From Antedon mediterranea (Eukaryota > Animalia > Echinodermata), in NCBI RefSeq assembly GCF_964355755.1, contig NC_092673.1, positions 33,229,648-33,293,647 on the forward strand: DNA of 64,000 bases, in the 5' to 3' direction. Numbering within the stretch: the stretch's first letter is position 1; every line of letters starts with the position of its first letter. Both the position numbers and the translations under genes were made by a program. Shown one piece after another: positions 57,701-64,000 of this stretch. The notes beneath the pieces are model-generated. The model worked only from the letters and a program-made list of their open reading frames with translations, was not told the DNA's origin and made no database searches.

Positions 57701-60700
57701 CTTTAAATGCTTATGCAAATTTAGGTGCAAAAACAATCTTATAAATGTATGGTTTCAAACAAAAACAAAATTGTGAAAATAAAAAGAAATAAATTATTAA
57801 TATTATAATAAACTAGTAGAACTTATTGTATTTTATAAGCATAAGCATATTTTTTTTAAAGAAACTTTCTATACAAAAAAAAAAGGTCTGTAAAAAAAAC
57901 AAAGTAAACATGCACTATGATGCAGTGGTCAATGGCTCATGGGAGTAAAACATGATGGCAACACAAACAGCAATGAGGCCTAGCTGCCCTTTGTTGCCAG
58001 AAATGAGGCAATTGCTTTGGTAGCCAGAACAATTATGCTTGCCCTGGTAATCAAAAAGGGGTGCTTGTCTTTGTAGCCAGAACAATGAGCTTGCCCTGAT
58101 AGTAGCCAGATTTTAGTTACATGTGACACTCTGGACATGATAGCAAAAAATGTGATGCTTGCCTCTCAGTAGCACAATAAGCATTAACTAGCATATCTAT
58201 GGAGAAGAACCCATCAAATCTCATCTTATTATATTCCCTTGGACGTTTTCTTTTTACCTCCTCTAGCACACCTCCTCCACACAATACAACAAACAGAATT
58301 ACCATAAACTAATAAACAGAAATTGTATACAAAACACATCAGTACAGTTACATGCTAACAGTTATAAACAAATTAAATAAAATACTTCATGTTCCTATTG
58401 GTTATCATAACATTTTACACATGCACGAAATTAATATTCTATATAAATTTTAGTTAATTTAAAAAATATTTGTCGTTTCTATTTAAAAAATACTTTTGTA
58501 TAATAATAATCAATAATCTGATAAATGGGTAAAAAATTAAAATTAAAAAAATATATTTTTTGCATTTCAACTTCTACCAAGGAGAATCAACCGTCGGTGA
58601 GTGCATTAAATCTTTAATAATTCTCTTACTTCCTGTACTATAATTTAAAATACAGTATTTTATAGTTTATAATTTTTTTTATTTTTTAAAATATTTTTTT
58701 AAAAGATCCCTCTGAAAGCTGATAGTTTGATTTCTAAACAAGCAAGCATGCCTTAGTACATTAAAAAGATATTATTAAACAAATTTGTTCCATAAAGGGT
58801 ATATTTGAAATAAATTAACTAAATAACACAAAGAGAGGTAAACAGCTTGTATTATCTTCTGTGGAGACAATTTAGGAAGTACAAGTATATTATATATAAA
58901 CAATAGACAGACAGACAGACAGACAGACTGTAACACAAGGAAGGAAAAAACACAACACTAATACTCAATCTAAACTTTAACAATTGTGTCGGTATATTGA
59001 TAAGATTGTTCAAAATATTAGTGATAATAATCATTTGATGTTAATATGATAGATATTTGATAATGATGTTGATAAATGATAAACCAAATGATAGTTCCAA
59101 CGATAAATGTTGATGATGTTTATGATGAAAGTGATATGAAACAAAAATTATGTTAGTTGATTTTGATAACAGTTATACAAGATATATTACAATAAGATAA
59201 TACTGAATCAATGTACACTGATGATCATTATCAAAATAGACTTAGTATTAACAACAAATTCCTAATAAGGTAAAAATACAACAAAATAAGGTAAAAAAGT
59301 ATCTATCTTACCAATCTAGCAGTTCCATCTCTCTTCGCTCTCGTCTTGTACTCTTTCCAAGTTTCGTAGATTAACAATGCAGCGTATATCTTGCCCACCG
59401 TTAACTTTTCACCAATCAGCTCTGAAATAATAACATAACTATACCTGTCAGATACCACAGGTATCGCCATAGATAAACAGTAAGATCTGTCTACACTATT
59501 AAACTAGTTTGATAAAAAAAGTGTGATGTGTCACACAATAGTAGTAATATATCATCATCATGTCCATATATGGGCACATCACCTTTTTCGTAACATAAAG
59601 TCTGGTAGTAGAATAGACAGAGCTTAATGGTACTGTACGACACTCTAAGAAGTTATTTATAGTTGATTTTTTCCAAATTTTAAATAATACACTTAGAATA
59701 TTTTCCAGATTCTTTTACTGTGTTATATAACATATACTGTACACAACAGGCCATTTTTTACCACCGACTAAAGGTCTTATCTGAAAAGCTGCTAGTCTGT
59801 ATCTTCACCCTTTTTAGGCGTAACTTCAAAGCAGCAGTAAGGGATTAAACAGCAAGGATTTAAAAAAACAATTTTACCAAATTGAGCTAATGAGAAAATC
59901 AAACTAAAATCAATTGCTTTAAATGGGTTTAATATTTAACTATTTTTTTCAAAAGGGTTAAAAATTACAAAAAAATATTTTGAATACAACTGCTGTTTTT
60001 AAAATGGATTTAATTTTGTTAGTTGCAAAACTACAAAACTGCATCAAGGAAAAGGCAAGGATTGGAGATGATACTTTTTATTGGTCGAAGGAAAAAATGT
60101 TGTTTACAACAAGCAAATCAAAAAACTAATTTTCTATATATATATATATGTATAAATTGTTTGTATGATATACCTTACCATATATCATATGTTTCTATTG
60201 GGAAATTAAAAATAAAACACAAAAGATTGAAATAAAAGACGAAAGCCGCAAAATAACTAAATCATAGAAAAGACAAACAAAATGAAAGAGAATTGAAAGG
60301 TATAAATTGGATTAAAAACTGTTGATCGATATCCCAAATTAAAGCAAGTAGAAATATTTATCCAAAATATGCAAAAAGAGCTCATTTTAAAAACGCAAAG
60401 CATTTCTCCAATCTGAAACAAACATTTTACAAAATTAATATTGAACATTAACAACAAGTTTATAATAAAAATATTATTTATTGTATGGAAAAAGACAAAT
60501 GCTAAAATCACCCAGCGATAAATTCCAAGGTATAATGTGTAAATGATATAAACTGGTAAGGTATTAAGTTATGACTCCAGGTTTGACATCTGGAGAGTTT
60601 AGGTTCGGTTCACACAAGAACAGCTTGTATGTTCGTACAAACATTTTATGGCAAAAAAATAAAAAATCCTAACGACAGTAATTCATTTAAAAAACAGAAA

Positions 60701-63700
60701 AAAATTCTTAAATTTCAGCAAAATTCACCCAAAATTAATTTTTAAGTATTTACAGGGTTCAAAAAACAACTGCCACCTTCCAAAAAAGAAATATTTCAAA
60801 ATAAAATATAATACTCACTATTATTAAAACCTAAATGAAAAAGTACAACAAAATACCACTTTTGAGTAACATATTTCCGACCGTTTAAATTATCACATAC
60901 ATAAAAATTGTTGTCTAATAACCAAATTGTTTTAATGCTATTTATAACCAAGCTAAAAGAGATTATCTAACTAATATTATCAACCTGCAGATAAATCAAG
61001 TTCCAGTTTGTTGCATGATTTGTTCTTCGCAGGGCCGTGCATCAAGAAAACTGGTCAATATACTAATCTACCATACTTTTTTGTGATCCAAAACCCAATT
61101 CTAACCCTGACTACGAGTCCTACACATTTTTCTTAGGTTGTGGAAGTGAGACATGCATTTATGCATTTCTGACTTTTACTTAATTAATTGAAAACCCATG
61201 AAAACTATCACCTCCTATTCATAAATGGAATAAGCTGGGTAGATGAGTAACAATACAGTATACTGTGTATCTGCAAAATTTTTTTTTCATTCATTGCAAG
61301 GAACTTTTCCATAACAGAATTAAAAACTTGTTCTCGCTTATAAGCTACTGTATAATCTCATTTGAGGCTTAGGGAGTGGAGTAGAAAAAGACGCAAGTCA
61401 GGATTGAACCCTGGACCTTGGGATTGGAAGGCAAGCATGTTAACCATCAAGCTACAGCTTCACTTGTAGTTATATTATATTATCTATTGAATCAGTTGTT
61501 ACTATTCACACTATACTGTATCTATGCATTTTCATAAGCAGTATAATAAACATAAATAAACATCTTATTCTACCGATGTATTCAAAGATAGCTATAGTAT
61601 ATTAAGTTGTATAAAATATGATCTTAAAATAGTAAACGCACACAAACCACACACACATTCTATTAGTATGTTAAGATTGCCAAATATAATATATTGCTCA
61701 CTTCATTTTCTATCGTGTTTTTTTTCCAGATATATAGTAAAAAAAACACCACTCAATTTTGGCATTCCTTAAATTACACAGGTATTTTGGTCGTCAATAA
61801 ACTTTATTATTAGCGCCATGGCAACAACAAAGGTATATAGGATTAGGAAAAAGCTGGATAAAAAGCTGACGAATAAACAGCAATATTTTAGATATCAATC
61901 TCCTAATTCAAAAAGTCAAAAAGCATTTTATTTATTTAATACACATACAAAACAGCAAATGTGGATAAATTATTTCTTTTGCTTCTGTTTTGTCTAAAAA
62001 ATATGTTATAGCCAAAGCTATCTCCTTTAGCAGAGATTACTGTAAGCTCTTAATAAAAATACTGATGACATTTAGTTAAATAGATAGGTCAGCGGTCAAG
62101 GTTCAGAAACTCCTTATGGTAAACATTGGTTTTTTTGGTTGGAGCTTTTAGGATAAAAATATGAAACCATAATCTGATAGCTAGTAGAATAAACAATTGG
62201 GAGTGATTTGTTCAACAGGAATATACAATGAATGCATAACTTATGTACATTGGAAAAATAAAAAAATGAGTTAAATTGTTTAAAATGTTTTAATTAGGAA
62301 GGACTGCAAATGCTAAGGTTGGCATGCTAAATTTGTTTAGCGGTTAAAGATGCACTTGAATTCGTGGACAGAACCAAGTGTTGAGAACCAAACATGCAGG
62401 TAAAATACTATGGGAAATTTTTATGAATTATTTTAATATATTGTATAATAATAATATGTGAAAAACTATTGTATTGGTAGATTTTTAAGGAAGAGTTATT
62501 AGGTACACATTAAAGTTGTTTTAAAAAGATGATGAAATATTCAACTTCTGCAGGCTCTAAAAACACATAGGACCGCATATGGGAATGTAGCAGGATATGA
62601 ATTATTAGAGTACAAGGACATGCTTCACTGCGTTTCCAATGCAATAAGCTGTGTTTTGCATATGGCGGACGGTTTGCTCTGTATTAAATACCTTTCCTTC
62701 GTTTACACTCATCACACCTGCCTTCTTCAACATGTTCTTTGTTCACAAAGGAATAATGACAAAATAAAAAATGTAAATATATAAATGATCCCTAGAAAGT
62801 GAGGAAATGCGAATTCGGCCTTCTACGGTAAAACGGAAACACACTTGAATTGATGACAATTTTTCATGTACATATAGTGTCCTTCTGAATGATACAACAG
62901 TAGAGCCTTGGGACACTACTATTCAGGGGACACTTTACCATCAATTTGAAATTTATACACTGCGGACACTTTGTTAGGTGGCAAAGGCTTTCCCTTAATA
63001 GGAGTTCTACTGTACTGTACGACAAGATAGCACGGACAGATCTCGAACTTATGCCTTCTCACACACAAGTTCAATACCATACCATTGCGCCGTCTTGCTC
63101 TCTATTAATTCTTTCAGGTTGTTTTGACACATCAATTGTTAACTCTTAAGTTAATTGAAAATACGCAAATTAATGTTAAGGATATATACACTTTTAAAAA
63201 AAGCTATGGGTCATTTGAGGTCAAACGCACGACAAACGAGAGGTCCATACCGTAAACCTTCTTTGGATAGGTTGGGTAATAACCTAACATTATCAAAAAG
63301 AAATAAAATGACAATAGAACGAAAAGAAAGAACACAGAATTAAAAAATAAACACAAATAAATAAGAGAGCTGTAGAAAATGAAAAAGAGAACAATACATA
63401 TATCGGTAACTAATTCTTAATTTAAATAACTCTACTATATTTTTATAATTTAAATTACTAAAATCATATAGAAAATTTCATAAAGTTTAATTTGGATTCA
63501 AGATTAAATATTATTACTTTTTAATGTAATATGTAACAAGATTTGTCTATCTATATTAAGTTTATATTAAGTTTCATTATACATAAAGCTAAAACATAAA
63601 ATTCATACCACAGTCTGGAGGGACCAGAAGGTCTATTTTCTTCTCCGGTAATCGAGGCCAGAAGACTTTGACAGCCTCTCGTAATTCTCTATCGTGACGG

Positions 63701-64000
63701 TCACGATCGACAACTGAGGATAAATGAAAAAAAAGCTTGTTGAAATTTACACTTTTTATGCTATTAAACTTACAGTGGGTACCAATTCCAATCAAACCAT
63801 TATGTTATTTATCTACTATATACTTTTTTCTGTTGTGGTGAAATTAAATTTTGAATTGAATTGAAATTAAATTGAATTTTGGGGTTTTGAAGGGAAACTG
63901 AGATTAAATTTGATTTGGACTTACCATTGCCGATTTTAATATCTAATGCTGTTCTAATGAGAGCCATCAATGTCGTGGTAAAATGGACCTCCATCTTATC
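33171..64000 (-). CDS. Voltage-gated calcium channel alpha-1 subunit, Cav2 type (CACNA1A/B/E co-ortholog), cytoplasmic C-terminus; 5' part outside window
   Basis: Core exons 63925-64000 (VHFTTTLMALIRTALDIKI), 63609-63713 (DRELREAVKVFWPRLPEKKIDLLVPP) and 59312-59421 (LTVGKIYAALLIYETWKEYK) match Cav2 pre-IQ/IQ. An in-frame chain continues through 45685-45875, 45124-45190, 43045-43113, 40439-41611 and 39410-39476 to 33171-33739, ending SDDEEEWT*. Confidence 0.9.
35236..35349 (-). CDS. Candidate alternative stop-containing Cav2 exon
   Basis: Pyrimidine tract then CAG; phase 0 reads LREEDETSFNEDDSYDDSNYYSYDAYDAFFNQPPLSY*. Confidence 0.45.
   Translation of the reverse strand, partial: LREEDETSFNEDDSYDDSNYYSYDAYDAFFNQPPLSY
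35465..35940. repeat. 28-bp minisatellite AAAAGAAAGGAATACAGTACAGAAAGAT, ~17 copies
   Basis: Near-perfect tandem array. Confidence 0.95.
36087..37632. repeat. Same 28-bp minisatellite, ~55 copies
   Basis: Near-perfect tandem array; generates the 518-607 aa spurious ORFs. Confidence 0.97.
39410..39476 (-). CDS. Cav2 penultimate exon
   Basis: Phase 0-1, which is needed to join the last exon; AAVRQERHTYGDGMSPPQSHVS; GTAACA donor. Confidence 0.65.
40439..41611 (-). CDS. Large Cav2 tail exon (391 codons, R/S/D/N-rich, likely disordered)
   Basis: Contains ORF 40361-41500; AAG acceptor, GTGATT donor; QPWDKHADFY...RRPGSTNLREE. Confidence 0.85.
42272..42467. repeat. 32-bp minisatellite ATGTGATCACATGTCATCTGCATGTATGGCAC, ~6 copies
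   Basis: Tandem copies, most with the palindrome ACATGTGATCACATGT. Confidence 0.92.
43045..43113 (-). CDS. Cav2 tail exon (69 nt)
   Basis: CAG/GTAAGT, phase 0-0; GFEMVDMKHRDNPDKKSSSLDRR. Confidence 0.75.
43560..44040. repeat. Degenerate repeat region (ACTCTCCTATGTAAAGG / CACTCTTGTAAGAGG units)
   Basis: Recurring diverged units. Confidence 0.65.
43956..43987. mobile_element. 32-bp perfect palindrome with P-element-like ends and 7-bp TSD
   Basis: GTTTAAG|CATGGAGAAATAAGTT AACTTATTTCTCCATG|GTTTAAG. Confidence 0.75.
44165..44251 (-). CDS. Probable Cav2 cassette exon (87 nt)
   Basis: CAG/GTGATC, phase 0-0; DGLVEGIVLDSSDEEYNDQLYSLYVNNNE. Confidence 0.65.
44359..44851. mobile_element. Old TTAA-type non-autonomous element with internal ~44-bp repeats
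   Basis: TTAA|AGATGCACTGT ... ACAGTACATCT|TTAT; related right ends near 45640 and 51945. Confidence 0.45.
45124..45190 (-). CDS. Cav2 tail exon
   Basis: Phase 2-0, GTATGT donor; QSNSTSNGVNRRGGKDSPSGSR. Confidence 0.8.
45685..45875 (-). CDS. Cav2 tail exon
   Basis: Strong acceptor; QTKMFSAIASVVKKEK...RAQSPMPIR, phase 0-2. Confidence 0.8.
47981..48001 (-). CDS. Candidate Cav2 21-nt microexon
   Basis: TTTTAG|ATAATTCAAGACGCTAAGCAG|GTAACC, phase 0-0; IIQDAKQ. Confidence 0.55.
53868..54011 (-). CDS. Probable Cav2 post-IQ exon (144 nt)
   Basis: CAG/GTATTT, phase 0-0; LRDQKRKEYLAKVERRKALELEQRSRLQVPANNNVLTLTDQPQNGSIQ. Confidence 0.7.
55100..55320. repeat. Degenerate ~40-bp tandem repeat (GGATAATCCA...GGATTAGAATAAGAC), ~5 copies
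   Basis: Visible diverged units. Confidence 0.75.
56518..56613 (-). CDS. Probable Cav2 post-IQ exon (96 nt; donor choice uncertain)
   Basis: Phase 0-0; ENAYYKYIMKKHPNADLNEPKYRALFSDDFLK. Confidence 0.55.
59312..59421 (-). CDS. Cav2 IQ-domain exon
   Basis: ELIGEKLTVGKIYAALLIYETWKEYKTRAKRDGTARL; TTTCAG/GTAAGA. Confidence 0.93.
60985..61050 (-). CDS. Candidate Cav2 cassette exon (66 nt)
   Basis: CAG acceptor, weak GTTGAT donor, phase 1-1; VFLMHGPAKNKSCNKLELDLSA. Confidence 0.3.
61350..61459 (-). mobile_element. tRNA-derived SINE 5' region
   Basis: Minus strand has A-box TAGCTTGATGG and B-box GGTTCAATCC, followed by a non-tRNA body shared with the copy at ~1170. Confidence 0.7.
62692..62736 (-). 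CDS. Candidate Cav2 cassette exon (45 nt)
   Basis: AAG acceptor, GTATTT donor, phase 1-1; EHVEEGRCDECKRRK. Confidence 0.45.
63251..63283 (-). CDS. Candidate Cav2 cassette exon (33 nt)
   Basis: Long pyrimidine tract then TAG, GTATGG donor, phase 1-1; GYYPTYPKKVY. Confidence 0.55.
63609..63713 (-). CDS. Cav2 exon, pre-IQ
   Basis: VDRDRHDRELREAVKVFWPRLPEKKIDLLVPPDC; phase 1-1, CAG/GTATGA. Confidence 0.93.
63925..64000 (-). CDS. Cav2 exon, pre-IQ (truncated by window edge)
   Basis: DKMEVHFTTTLMALIRTALDIKIGN; GTAAGT donor. Confidence 0.93.

Noticed and set aside
55800-58305. Further weak exon-like stretches near 55810-55840, 57240-57280 and 58200-58260
   Set aside because: Splice sites are ambiguous or weak; boundaries cannot be supported from sequence alone.
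60508-60590. Possible fourth pre-IQ cassette exon
   Set aside because: One acceptor gives an in-frame stop, the other breaks phase.
61385-61459. tRNA-Gly-like gene
   Set aside because: The acceptor stem does not pair cleanly and the sequence continues into a body shared with another dispersed copy, so it is a SINE head.

Overview
AT-rich, intron-rich eukaryotic (invertebrate animal) DNA, not prokaryotic. Three spliced protein-coding genes can be read by hand. (1) The 3' part of a Vav-family Rho-GEF on + (C1 end, nSH3, SH2, cSH3; 8 exons, 7-8841). (2) A complete SURF4/Erv29 ER cargo receptor on + (5 exons, 13910-20147, 270 aa, KKNW tail). (3) The cytoplasmic C-terminus of a Cav2-type (CACNA1A/B/E-like) voltage-gated calcium channel alpha-1 subunit on - (pre-IQ, IQ and long tail, from beyond 64000 to 33171). 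Introns and intergenic DNA hold many MITEs and non-autonomous DNA transposons, a young 5'-truncated CR1/L2-group LINE inside a complex satellite, SINE fragments and minisatellites. Most long ORFs in the supplied track are repeat artefacts. Most interesting observations: Vav-SURF4-Cav2 linkage matching human 9q34 (MHC-paralogous region); many frame-preserving cassette and micro-exons in the Cav2 tail, including inserts directly before the IQ domain and an alternative acidic C-terminus; an EEWT instead of DDWC terminus; a probable P-element excision footprint; two retro-insertions at the same satellite site; and phase-compatible antisense exons nested in a Vav intron. All exon calls are manual reads and need RNA-seq confirmation.
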